Program-made: the position numbers and the translations under genes
The notes under the pieces: generated by a model
The model's input: the letters and a program-made list of their open reading frames with translations, nothing else
What the model was told of the DNA's origin: nothing
Databases searched by the model: none
Shown: in pieces, positions 55,254-64,000 of the stretch
Numbering within the stretch: the stretch's first letter is position 1
How the letters are laid out: each line of letters begins with the position of its first letter
DNA from: a virus
DNA: 64,000 nucleotides
Direction: 5' to 3' (one strand)
IMG/VR virus record: IMGVR_UViG_3300030103_005573
Span: 14,151-78,150 of that record

Positions 55254-55561
55254 AAAGGTAAATCTCCTGTAACGTGGTAAATGTCCATTTCTTCCAAATC
55301 AACCCTGCCAATCATAAGATAGAAATACAAATCATATTCAGATATATCAGCCATTATGCCGTGTGTTTCATCTGTATATTTGCTATTAACTATATTCCTG
55401 TAGTACATTCCTGGGGATGTATTTGGGATAAGAAAACAAGTATAATTAAAACTTTCATCATTATTAATATGACAGTCCATAATAACACCCAACCGATTTA
55501 GTTCAGTGCTTCTGATAATAGTTCCAGGAAGAACAGCTTCCTTGGGGTAGTTTTTATTCAT
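55250..55561 (-). CDS. Hypothetical protein
   Basis: 103 aa, overlaps the PMM start by 4 nt. Confidence 0.6.
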   Translation of the reverse strand: MNKNYPKEAVLPGTIIRSTELNRLGVIMDCHINNDESFNYTCFLIPNTSPGMYYRNIVNSKYTDETHGIMADISEYDLYFYLMIGRVDLEEMDIYHVTGDLPL

Positions 55562-55574
55562 TCTTTATAAATTT

Positions 55575-55802
55575 TCAGTGTATAGTTGGATTTGTAATAT
55601 CGCTAACTGATTCTAAAGACATTTCTATATTAGCCGCAGCCAAATATAGGGCATCTCTTTCCTCTTCACAAGATATACCAGCTAAATCAAGGGCATCATA
55701 AAACTGCAAAGACGTAACTCCTGGATTATTTGATATCCCCTCAAGGATATAAGAAGCTTGCTTTATTAGTTCTAATCCTTGGTTTACTAAATTTGGCTCC
55801 AC
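55575..55802 (-). CDS. Hypothetical protein
   Basis: 75 aa, GTG start, GGGAG RBS. Confidence 0.55.
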   Translation of the reverse strand: MEPNLVNQGLELIKQASYILEGISNNPGVTSLQFYDALDLAGISCEEERDALYLAAANIEMSLESVSDITNPTIH

Positions 55803-55824
55803 TTAGTAATACTCCCTGAATTTG

Positions 55825-56799
55825 CTAAATAATTTTATAATCTAATACTTCAAAGTCGTATGAAATATTTTCTTCACTTTCAGAACATAGATCGGTAGAT
55901 AAATACTTCTTACTATCATCGCACAGTATTGTACCAACTATTGCTCCATTCTTTAACTCAAAAGCTTTTTTAGTTGCAGCTAAAAGATTAGCACCAGAAG
56001 AAATACCAACAGATAATCCACTTTTATTAATTAATCTAGCAACAGCAATTGCATCTGAATCGGAAATTCTCATCATTGCACCCAATTCCTCTAAAGACAG
56101 TATTTCAGGCACAAAACTATCACCAATACCCTCTATTCGGTGCGAACCATCACTATTATTCTCAGGAAATACCGGAAATGCCTGAAAATCCTCATTTATT
56201 TGTGAAAAGTACCTATGAAAACCCATAATAGTACCCCCAGTCCCTGCACCAGTCACAAAAGCATCTAAATTATCAATACCATTCTTCGACAATTGTGCAT
56301 TTAGCTCTGGAGCAGTTCCTTTATAATGAGCTAGAGGATTACTAACGTTTGCGAACTGTTTTGGGCAAAAAAAGCCTTTTTTATCGCCTTTTTTCTCTGC
56401 TAGATCAATACACTTAGTAAAACCACCAGCTTCGGCGCTTATTTCATGTAATTTAGCGCCATAAAACCGCAAAAGCTTCTTTCTTTCAACAGAAAGCCAA
56501 TCAGGCATGTAAATTTCTACAGGATGTCCCAAAAAAGCCCCCATTGCAGCAAAAGCAATACCAGTATTTCCACTAGTTGCCTCAACAATGGTGTTTTTTG
56601 CCTCAAGGTTGCCATTTGAATAGGCACTTTCTATAATTTGTAAGGCCATTCTGTCTTTTATGCTTCCAGAATAGTTCCAAGCCTCATATTTTGCAAAAAT
56701 ATTGAGTTTTTTACCATTAAATCTAACAGAAACGTCTATTAGTGGAGTATTCCCAACAAATTTAGATAGTTTTTTTACAGAATCAGGTAATTCTTTCAC
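55825..56799 (-). CDS. cysK: PLP-dependent cysteine synthase family protein
   Basis: VGNTPL, NYSGSIKDR (PLP Lys), EATSGNTGIA, GAGTGGT, HRIEGIG, GISSGAN, KYLST; probable GTG start at 56799 just after the prkA stop. Confidence 0.88.
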   Translation of the reverse strand: MKELPDSVKKLSKFVGNTPLIDVSVRFNGKKLNIFAKYEAWNYSGSIKDRMALQIIESAYSNGNLEAKNTIVEATSGNTGIAFAAMGAFLGHPVEIYMPDWLSVERKKLLRFYGAKLHEISAEAGGFTKCIDLAEKKGDKKGFFCPKQFANVSNPLAHYKGTAPELNAQLSKNGIDNLDAFVTGAGTGGTIMGFHRYFSQINEDFQAFPVFPENNSDGSHRIEGIGDSFVPEILSLEELGAMMRISDSDAIAVARLINKSGLSVGISSGANLLAATKKAFELKNGAIVGTILCDDSKKYLSTDLCSESEENISYDFEVLDYKII

Positions 56800-56809
56800 T
56801 TTTTTGCCT

Positions 56810-58753
56810 TTAACTGTCTCTCCAGAGATTATTTGAAGCAAATTTGATGACTTCTTCGGCAGAACTTTCATTATATCCATATTCGTCAATCAAAGTCTTA
56901 ACCATTTCGTTATATTTGCCCTGCTGTTTCTTATCTCTGCTTTTAGACTTGGTAATAATTCTCGATATGTCTCTGACAGAGGCAGTTAATTTGTTCTCAA
57001 TAGCTTCTCTTAATGGGGCGTAACTCTGCCAGTGCACTTTTTCGCCACGTCGGAGCTTAGAGAACATATATGAAGTTATATCAATTCTAAAATTATCCCT
57101 AGAAGTTCCTACAATTCCAATTTGTTCCTCTATAGAAGACATAAACTTTTCATCGGGTTGGATTTCTTCGTTTGTAACAGAATCTTTGACGTTTGTTAAA
57201 TTAACATAAGCCTCAGCATGGTCAAGATAGTTATTAAATAAAGATTCGGCTTGTTCATCATATGCTGAAACAAAGGCTTTTGTGATTTCTTTCTCTAAAA
57301 TGTTGAGATATTCATCATGAAGTATCTTAGTCAAGAATGTTAGATATCTATTTCTATCGTCCTCGACAACGATCTGATCTTTAACCTGTTTAATGAGGGC
57401 ATCACGAATAGATATAGGGGTAACCATATTCTTATCACTATCAGAAAGAGCCGCATCAATAGCTTTCATAATGAAGCGAGTAGAAATACCAGTCATGCCC
57501 TCGTCTCTAGCCTCATCCCTAAGATCATTAATGTCTACTTTTTTAACGTGACCTTGCTCAATTACGTCTTTTCCGTTATAGATTTTCATCTTAGTAAGAG
57601 GATCAACTTTGTTGGAAGCATGTAGTCGGCTAAGAACTGCGAACATGGAGGCAACCTCAAGAGTATGTGGAGCAATATGCCCATCGAAGTCAGAAAGACC
57701 GAGAAGCTTCTCGTAAATCTTCTGCTCTTCAGAATATTCTAGACTATAAGGAACGTTGACACGAACGATACGATCTAAAATAGCTTCGTTTGTATTTTCA
57801 GATTTAAATTTATTCCACTCAGCTTCATTACAGTGAGCAAGAATAACACCATCAAAATAAATCATTGGTCCTTTGCCTGGAGAAGGGACGGCTTTTTCCT
57901 GGGTTGCTGTAATCATTGTATGTAAGAACTCAATCTCGTTTTTGAATACCTCAACAAATTCAACGATACCACGGTTACCAACGTTAAAGGCACCGTTTAG
58001 AGATAATACTCTTGGATCATCTTCAGAATAAAGATCAAGCTTAGATATATCTTCACTGCCAACAAGAATTGTAACATCTTGACTATTGGCATCCATTGGA
58101 GGCACAACACCAACACCACGACGACCACGAACTGAGAAGCTAGACTGTTTTACGGGCATCGCCATATAATCATTATTAAATTCTTCTTTTAGTCTATGAC
58201 GACACACAGGGCAAAGATCACCCTCGATATTGATATCATAAATTTCTTTAAACTGTTCTCTTAAAGAACGTGGGATTAAGTGAAGTGGTTCTTCATGAAT
58301 AGGGCATCCATCAATATGATACATTGGTTCACATTCTTCTAAAGCCATTTTGATTCTTTCCATTAGTGCTGATTTACCAGCACCAACAGGACCGAGTAAC
58401 AGGAGGACCTGTCTACTTTCTTCGCCCTTAAGAGAGGCAGAACGAAGGAATCTCATTATTTTAGCTAAAGACCTTTCCATACCAAAAAACTTACTTTGAA
58501 AATAATCATATGTGCGCAGTTCTTCACCATTAAAGAGTTTAGAACACCTTTCATCAGCCTTCTCAAGACGTGTTATACCATGAGCAGCAATAGCATCATA
58601 TAATCTCTTATGTGCTAGTTTAGTCGCACTTGGATTTTTCTCTAGTATTTCTAGGTACTCGGATAGAGATCCATGAAATTTTTCTTCTTTTTTTGTTTCC
58701 TTGTGTTTTGACACAAGTTTTAAAAACTTATCTGATTTATTTGTCTTTGGCAT
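56810..58753 (-). CDS. prkA: PrkA/YeaG-family AAA+ ATPase / Ser kinase
   Basis: LLGPVGAGKS, CPIHEEPLHL, EGDLCPVC, GNRGIVEFVEVFK, EGMTGISTRF. Confidence 0.95.
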   Translation of the reverse strand: MPKTNKSDKFLKLVSKHKETKKEEKFHGSLSEYLEILEKNPSATKLAHKRLYDAIAAHGITRLEKADERCSKLFNGEELRTYDYFQSKFFGMERSLAKIMRFLRSASLKGEESRQVLLLLGPVGAGKSALMERIKMALEECEPMYHIDGCPIHEEPLHLIPRSLREQFKEIYDINIEGDLCPVCRHRLKEEFNNDYMAMPVKQSSFSVRGRRGVGVVPPMDANSQDVTILVGSEDISKLDLYSEDDPRVLSLNGAFNVGNRGIVEFVEVFKNEIEFLHTMITATQEKAVPSPGKGPMIYFDGVILAHCNEAEWNKFKSENTNEAILDRIVRVNVPYSLEYSEEQKIYEKLLGLSDFDGHIAPHTLEVASMFAVLSRLHASNKVDPLTKMKIYNGKDVIEQGHVKKVDINDLRDEARDEGMTGISTRFIMKAIDAALSDSDKNMVTPISIRDALIKQVKDQIVVEDDRNRYLTFLTKILHDEYLNILEKEITKAFVSAYDEQAESLFNNYLDHAEAYVNLTNVKDSVTNEEIQPDEKFMSSIEEQIGIVGTSRDNFRIDITSYMFSKLRRGEKVHWQSYAPLREAIENKLTASVRDISRIITKSKSRDKKQQGKYNEMVKTLIDEYGYNESSAEEVIKFASNNLWRDS

Positions 58754-58756
58754 CGT

Positions 58757-60073
58757 TTAAAACTCCCAAATTTCATCTTCAATAATTGTTGTAAATTTAA
58801 CACCACCAGACCATAGAATATTGATATGTTCAAAAACTCTATTAGCCTCTGAAAGCTCTAGATCTCGTCCGTCGTGTTCATGTTTTAAAATTAGTGTACC
58901 ATCTTTTTCTAATTTATCTACATAAACAACTGGGACAGAACCTAGACCTACATTCTTAATTAGGTCGTCACGGATAGTTCTCCAAGTTTCTTCACCAGAA
59001 ACATCGGTTATTCTGTGAACACCCTCCCTCTGTTGGTACGCAAAGCTGAACAAGTTCAATTCAGAACAAAGGTCTTGATCAAGGTACGTTTTGATAAAGG
59101 TTTCATCATTATGTGATAGTCTAGCATCCATACAAGCATCAAACCCATACTTTTCTTCTATGTGTCTAAAAATTTTGTATCCCAAATGGTAAGGATTTAC
59201 CCTACCTAAATGAGGTCTTATTACTTGGTTATGTAATCTGATAAACGCTAAATGATATTCTGTGGGCAAGTCTAACATGTTTATTATTTTTTCGTGAATA
59301 AGGACTGCCCATCCTTCGTTCATTATTTTTGTTTTTGCCTGTGGGATAAAATACTTTGAGTTATCCTCAATTATGTTTATTAGGTCTTTTTCCCACTCTT
59401 CTAGAAAACGATTATGTTCTCTAATAAAAGAAAGAACATTATAATCTTTCTCAAGAGGAATTCTTTCTAAATCGAAATTTTGATATTTTCCGATTTTGTC
59501 ATTTATTACTAAATTAGTGTAATATTCTTTTAACTTCTTATGGTCTCGACGCTTGAGTCCAGGCGTTCTTGGAACCTGGTATTTAATGGCATGACAAGCA
59601 TCAATTATTTTTTCTACTTTATCTATCCCGATATTAGGATCTTCCATATACTTTTGGACACGTCTTCCCGCAGCCTTAAATCGCTCAATAACAGTGTCTG
59701 CACCTGTATCAATAAACATTCGGTTATTCTTAAAAAAATCACTATGCCCAACACAATGAGCCATTGTCAATAAATGAGTTGGCATTGGGTTCTCAGTCAT
59801 CAAATAAGCAATACTGGGGTTGGAATTTATTATCATCTCATAAGGAAGCCCTGTCATTCCTAATCCATATTCTGTATGAATGCGCTCAAAAGATTTACCA
59901 TAAGACCAATGGCGATAATGTGTAGGCATACCTGTGTAAGCCATGGCACCGATCATTTCCCTATAATCACATATCTCATAACTTATAGGATACCAGTCTA
60001 ATCCAAGTTCCTCACCAAGCTTACATATCTTATCATCCCAATCTTGTAGCTCTTCCATGCTCCACTCAGCCAT
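58757..60073 (-). CDS. spoVR: SpoVR/YcgB-family protein
   Basis: GMPTHYRHWSYGK, YEMIINSNP, AHCVGHSDFFKNN, TKIMNEGWA, NPYHLG. Confidence 0.95.
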   Translation of the reverse strand: MAEWSMEELQDWDDKICKLGEELGLDWYPISYEICDYREMIGAMAYTGMPTHYRHWSYGKSFERIHTEYGLGMTGLPYEMIINSNPSIAYLMTENPMPTHLLTMAHCVGHSDFFKNNRMFIDTGADTVIERFKAAGRRVQKYMEDPNIGIDKVEKIIDACHAIKYQVPRTPGLKRRDHKKLKEYYTNLVINDKIGKYQNFDLERIPLEKDYNVLSFIREHNRFLEEWEKDLINIIEDNSKYFIPQAKTKIMNEGWAVLIHEKIINMLDLPTEYHLAFIRLHNQVIRPHLGRVNPYHLGYKIFRHIEEKYGFDACMDARLSHNDETFIKTYLDQDLCSELNLFSFAYQQREGVHRITDVSGEETWRTIRDDLIKNVGLGSVPVVYVDKLEKDGTLILKHEHDGRDLELSEANRVFEHINILWSGGVKFTTIIEDEIWEF

Positions 60074-61269
60074 TATGTTTTTCCTCCGAAGAGTTTCTTA
60101 AAAGATGTCCATATATTGTCATGGGTTACTAATCTGTTTCTTTTGAGCCTCTTGTCCATTATGGACTCAATACGGTTCCATAAGTTGTTCTCAGAAAACT
60201 CTGCAAAAAATGATAACGAGTTTATACGTTCATGATCTTGGAGTTCACCAATTTCTGTGTAGCACATCATTTGGTTTATTTCTTTTAGCTCCCTAAAAAG
60301 ATCAAGAGTCTTATCGTTATCTGAACTCCAGTTCTCACCGTCGCCACAATAAAACGTATAAATATTCCAATTGTTTGGGTGATATCTTTTGTCTATAATT
60401 TGTTTAACTTTCTCAAGTCCAGAGGAGGCCATTGTCCCACCGCCAGTAGCACGAGTAAAGAATTGTTCTTCATTTACTTCTTTGGCGTCGGTTGTATGGG
60501 AAACAAAAACAACATCAACTGAAGAATATTTATGGTTTAAAAATTGATATAACAAGAAGAAGAAACTTCTAGCTAAAAACTTCTTAGATTTAGTCATGGA
60601 CCCAGACACGTCCATTACAAAGAAAATGACTGCTGTAGTATTTTCTTTTTGCACGGGAGCAATGTGTTTGTACCTTAAGTCACTTTCATGAAATGGGAAA
60701 CGCTCCTCATTTTCCGGGTCATGTGTTCCAGCTTTTATTGCTGCTTTTTTTCTTTTTATTTTTTGCTTTATTGTTTCCTTTTTCGAAAGCCTAGGACGAA
60801 TACCATAAGGTCTCTTACCTTTACGCTTCATCTTCTCTTCAGTAATAAATTTGAACTGCTTCTTTTCTAATTCAGGAAGGTTAAGATCTGCAAAAAGATA
60901 TTCCGCTAACTCTTCTAGCGACATCTCAATTTCATACATTTCTTCACCGGGTTTATTGCCCGGTTTATTCCCTTGCCCCTGTCCTCGTCGAGGATTTGCT
61001 TTTCCTATTCGCTGCCCCTGTTTAACGTCCTTGCCCTGAGCAGAGCCCACTCTTTTATTCTTCTCATTATTACCATAGACAAATTGGTGTTCTTTAATCC
61101 CTTTAATCGGGATTCTTACTTTCTTCTTCCCACTTTGTCCAATAATACTTTCTTCAGCGACAACATCCTTGATGCTTTCTTTGATTGCTTTTTCTACTTT
61201 TTTCCTATGCCGAGAGCGGTCACTAGCTGCTCGATCGGCGATAGTCTTATGTTCTCTGAAAGTACTCAT
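60073..61269 (-). CDS. yeaH: YeaH/YhbH (DUF444) vWA-domain protein
   Basis: DRSRHRKKV, LNLPEL, DLRY, MDVSGSM, GGTMASS, DGENWSSD. Confidence 0.93.
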   Translation of the reverse strand: MSTFREHKTIADRAASDRSRHRKKVEKAIKESIKDVVAEESIIGQSGKKKVRIPIKGIKEHQFVYGNNEKNKRVGSAQGKDVKQGQRIGKANPRRGQGQGNKPGNKPGEEMYEIEMSLEELAEYLFADLNLPELEKKQFKFITEEKMKRKGKRPYGIRPRLSKKETIKQKIKRKKAAIKAGTHDPENEERFPFHESDLRYKHIAPVQKENTTAVIFFVMDVSGSMTKSKKFLARSFFFLLYQFLNHKYSSVDVVFVSHTTDAKEVNEEQFFTRATGGGTMASSGLEKVKQIIDKRYHPNNWNIYTFYCGDGENWSSDNDKTLDLFRELKEINQMMCYTEIGELQDHERINSLSFFAEFSENNLWNRIESIMDKRLKRNRLVTHDNIWTSFKKLFGGKT

Positions 61270-61294
61270 ATACTAAGTAGTTTCAGAACAGAGG

Positions 61295-61639
61295 TTATTT
61301 TATAGTTACTGTTATCGTATCGTCTTTGGTAGGTGTAAGTTCGGTGATTGCTATTTCATGAGAATTTCCATCTAGATCTTTTACGATAGCTAACCCAGGT
61401 TCGTTGTGTCCCGCTGGGGCTCTGACTAAATCCATAATATAACCTTTATTGGCTACTCGTTCATAGTCTACTTTTTCACGACCGCTGGCAGTTTTCTTAA
61501 CAACTTTCTCAAGTGTATTCCAGGTTACCGGCATGCCTTTTTTAAAATCTTTTTCCATACGGAAAGCTTCAGTGATCCGTCCAGTTCTTATAAGAGTCTC
61601 TGTGACAACTTTTCTTAATAGATCTTCTGTAATTTTCAT
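61295..61639 (-). CDS. Hypothetical protein with MKIT leader
   Basis: MKITEDLLRKVVTETL. Confidence 0.7.
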   Translation of the reverse strand: MKITEDLLRKVVTETLIRTGRITEAFRMEKDFKKGMPVTWNTLEKVVKKTASGREKVDYERVANKGYIMDLVRAPAGHNEPGLAIVKDLDGNSHEIAITELTPTKDDTITVTIK

Positions 61640-61648
61640 TTTTTATTC

Positions 61649-61957
61649 CTAGTTGTCTGGTCTTAGTACGGCTTGTTTAAGTTCTTTATCACCAACATCT
61701 GACCCAGTGATGGATTTGATTATTGCATCTAAAACTTGAGTCTTCCTGGCTGGGTCTAGTACTTCGTATCTTTTTCTTAATTGTACAATCTGCTCTTGGT
61801 CTCCACCGTCGGTGATTATTTTCTTTATCAAATCTCCTATGTCTTGACGTGGCTCATTGCCTTGAGTAGCAGGTTCTGCTGCTGGCTCTTGCTCATTAAG
61901 TCTTTTAGAAAGAGTCTCTTTAACGATTTCTCTAATTCTTTGTTTTGTAATTTTCAT
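61649..61957 (-). CDS. Hypothetical protein with MKIT leader
   Basis: MKITKQRIREIVKETL...LNE; AGGGAG RBS. Confidence 0.7.
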   Translation of the reverse strand: MKITKQRIREIVKETLSKRLNEQEPAAEPATQGNEPRQDIGDLIKKIITDGGDQEQIVQLRKRYEVLDPARKTQVLDAIIKSITGSDVGDKELKQAVLRPDN

Positions 61958-62009
61958 TTTGTTCTCCCTTGGGAATACTTCTATAAGTAGTTAGCTATTA
62001 TTTATTCTT

Positions 62010-62612
62010 CTATGACGATGATTTTGTTACTGCAACCCCAACCCCAGAAGCATCTTTATCGTTTAGATACATTTGTAGGTGTTGGTTTGCTGTCCTGTCT
62101 ATGTAATCTTTTAAAGGCTCACCAGGGTCGGCATTCCTCATGTTACTAAAACTCTGCTTAAGATAATCATAATAACTTTCCTGAAACTTGTTGGCTAAAT
62201 TAGAATCCATACCCTGGATAAGGTTTTCGTACTCATCATCCAAATCATAATACAAAGCAAGTCCTGTTCTCTCACCGTCATCGACTTGATTCTCTGACAT
62301 CGCTATCATAAACTTTGCCATATCTCCAGACCGCTCAGCAACTTTTTCAAAAAGTTTACTTAACATGGCGTTTGTTGCCCCAGCAGCAGGGCCAACGAGT
62401 GCTGCGCCCGCACCTCCTGTTGCTGCCCCAGCAAGCGCACCTGCTCCGGCTCCAACGGCAGCCGATAAAGCAAACTTAGCAACTTTACCAAGAATTTTAG
62501 ATGCGGCTTTTGGACTTTGACTTCCAAATGTTGCCATAAATTCACCAACGGTCGGCTCTCTGCTTTGCTCATTGAGAATAAATTTCCTCCAGTAGTCCAT
62601 CTCCCGTTTCAT
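62010..62612 (-). CDS. Hypothetical protein with a glycine-zipper-like segment
   Basis: WRKFILNE leader; AAVGAGAGALAGAATGGAGAAL. Confidence 0.65.
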   Translation of the reverse strand: MKREMDYWRKFILNEQSREPTVGEFMATFGSQSPKAASKILGKVAKFALSAAVGAGAGALAGAATGGAGAALVGPAAGATNAMLSKLFEKVAERSGDMAKFMIAMSENQVDDGERTGLALYYDLDDEYENLIQGMDSNLANKFQESYYDYLKQSFSNMRNADPGEPLKDYIDRTANQHLQMYLNDKDASGVGVAVTKSSS

Positions 62613-63421
62613 TTCTCATCAACTCCTAAGATTCTCATTGGTGTAGCGATGAACTCATTCCATAGAGAAGTTTTCAATTCACCGTTACAGTCGTTCTCTA
62701 AATCAGTACAGAGATTTTCTTTGTCTTCCCCAGGATATCCTAATCTATATAGGTTCACACATTTTCTTCCATTGTCAACAGAGAAAGATTTAACATCGCT
62801 ACGGAAGCCAGCACGAACATTCCCTTCGAACTCCATAATCAGGTTTGATTCTTTTCTGAAGAATGGTCGCTCTGCTACAGTGTAAGCAGAGATATCAAAA
62901 GGCTCGCCTGAATCAATTGCTCTTTTAATCCTATCAACACCGTCTTGTGTAGTGTAGTGAAGGAGTTTTTTAGGGTTGTTAGTTGAGCCGTAAATTTGCT
63001 CGGTAAACTCGTCATCTATGAGAATGTATGGCTCAAGGTCTCCACGGGAATAAAAGTATGCCAATCTTAGCTTGTTAATGTCGGGAAAGTAATTTCCAAA
63101 CTCCCTACGAAGTCCCCATACACGATGGTTCGCAAAATCCTCAACATGATCCATCACATTTTTAAATGTGAGTAACTCATATCGGTCAACTTCTACATTT
63201 AGTTGGAAACCATAAAAAGAATAAATTAAATCTACTAACTCTGTGGGTCCATCAATCTTACCACCTCGTACAGAATGTCCATCCTTTTGGAACTGTAAGA
63301 TTTGATTCGCAAAAGATTCCCACTCAGCGATAGTATGAAAAGCAGACTCTGGCTTAATATAACCATGAACATAAACTTTAACAGCCTCATTGAGAAACTG
63401 TTTCCATTTATCACATTTCAT
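62609..63421 (-). CDS. Hypothetical protein, possible ADP-ribosyltransferase-like fold
   Basis: KWKQFLNE leader; LLHYTT...ISAYT...WNEF; the function call is tentative. Confidence 0.5.
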   Translation of the reverse strand: MKCDKWKQFLNEAVKVYVHGYIKPESAFHTIAEWESFANQILQFQKDGHSVRGGKIDGPTELVDLIYSFYGFQLNVEVDRYELLTFKNVMDHVEDFANHRVWGLRREFGNYFPDINKLRLAYFYSRGDLEPYILIDDEFTEQIYGSTNNPKKLLHYTTQDGVDRIKRAIDSGEPFDISAYTVAERPFFRKESNLIMEFEGNVRAGFRSDVKSFSVDNGRKCVNLYRLGYPGEDKENLCTDLENDCNGELKTSLWNEFIATPMRILGVDEK

Positions 63422-63622
63422 TTAAAAAGGACCTAAGCCAGATTTGCCAGCCTTAGCTGCTTTCTTGGTGTATGGAGCGGTATTTTTATTTCCGCCCTTA
63501 GAAGCATTTCCGATTGCTTTCTTCATTTGCTCCTTGTAATAGCCCTGCATTTTACCCTGAGCAGCCGCTTCTTTAACAACACCCCTTACAATTTCAGTCA
63601 AACGTGATAATGTAATCTTCAT
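63422..63622 (-). CDS. Small basic protein with MKIT leader
   Basis: MKITLSRLTEIVRGVVKE; AGGAG RBS. Confidence 0.7.
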   Translation of the reverse strand: MKITLSRLTEIVRGVVKEAAAQGKMQGYYKEQMKKAIGNASKGGNKNTAPYTKKAAKAGKSGLGPF

Positions 63623-63674
63623 TAGTTTCTCCTAAAAATAATAGTTTAGGTTATTGAGCCACCACCACCATTGC

Positions 63675-63812
63675 TTATTTGTTTTTGCTTTCAACATTTT
63701 GTAGATCTAACTCCTTGATTTTCTTCATAACTTTATCTGTAAACTTTTTTGATCTATGTAATTCTCTCAAGCCTACTACAACTAAACTCCAATCGGCAGT
63801 TTTAGTAATCAT
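63675..63812 (-). CDS. Small hypothetical protein, 45 aa (not in ORF track)
   Basis: MITKTADWSLVVVGLRELHRSKKFTDKVMKKIKELDLQNVESKNK; GGAG RBS; late-type motif upstream. Confidence 0.55.
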   Translation of the reverse strand: MITKTADWSLVVVGLRELHRSKKFTDKVMKKIKELDLQNVESKNK

Positions 63813-63841
63813 GGGAGGCTCCAAAAAATAAGACGCTATAA

Positions 63842-64000
63842 TTAGTCTACTGTCTTGAATAAAGAATGTTTTACGTGCTCTGATATTATACGACCATTGT
63901 CCTTATAGTACCCCGTACTTTTAACAATAAATTCATTCTCTCCGAGGTCGCAACAAAGATTAACCTCTACTTTATAAAACGTACGATCACCTAAAGAAGT
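63842..64000 (-). CDS. C-terminal end of a hypothetical protein (starts beyond the window)
   Basis: Open frame ...TSLGDRTFYKVEVNLCCDLG...KTVD ending TAA at 63842. Confidence 0.55.
   Translation of the reverse strand, partial: TSLGDRTFYKVEVNLCCDLGENEFIVKSTGYYKDNGRIISEHVKHSLFKTVD

Noticed and set aside
1-64000. Stop-codon reassignment (alternative genetic code)
   Set aside because: Genes are full length and tightly packed under code 11; TAA, TAG and TGA all end recognisable genes and there is no suppressor tRNA.

Overview
This AT-rich, densely coded window is almost entirely minus-strand and uses the standard genetic code. It looks like part of a very large (jumbo) myovirus-type phage genome, not a cellular chromosome. 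In coordinate order it holds: (1) a baseplate/tail block (1-21.2 kb) with gp6-like and gp25-like wedge proteins and a transglycosylase-containing hub protein; (2) a gp55-like sigma factor; (3) a ~10 kb glycan-biosynthesis cluster (five glycosyltransferase genes, NDP-sugar dehydratase, DegT aminotransferase, N-formyltransferase, two methyltransferases); (4) a PD-(D/E)xK nuclease, a zincin, PIN-PhoH and a complete tmRNA; (5) an RNA-ligase-like/HIGH-nucleotidyltransferase fusion; (6) a small island of secreted proteins and lipoproteins; (7) three paralogous Ala-rich coiled-coil proteins with a 29-residue repeat, one with an internal ribosome-binding site that would make its LamG head optional; (8) seven tRNAs with a short TilS near a tRNA-Ile(CAU), plus early-promoter cassettes; (9) a eukaryote-type phosphomannomutase; (10) a yeaH-spoVR-prkA-cysK operon; and (11) small proteins sharing a probable capsid-targeting leader. 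The best candidates for undescribed systems are the heterotrimeric fibre with an optional head, the late-expressed YeaH/SpoVR/PrkA module, the N-formyl-amino-sugar glycosylation pathway, and a possible set of packaged enzymes. All product calls come from reading motifs by eye; no database search was run.
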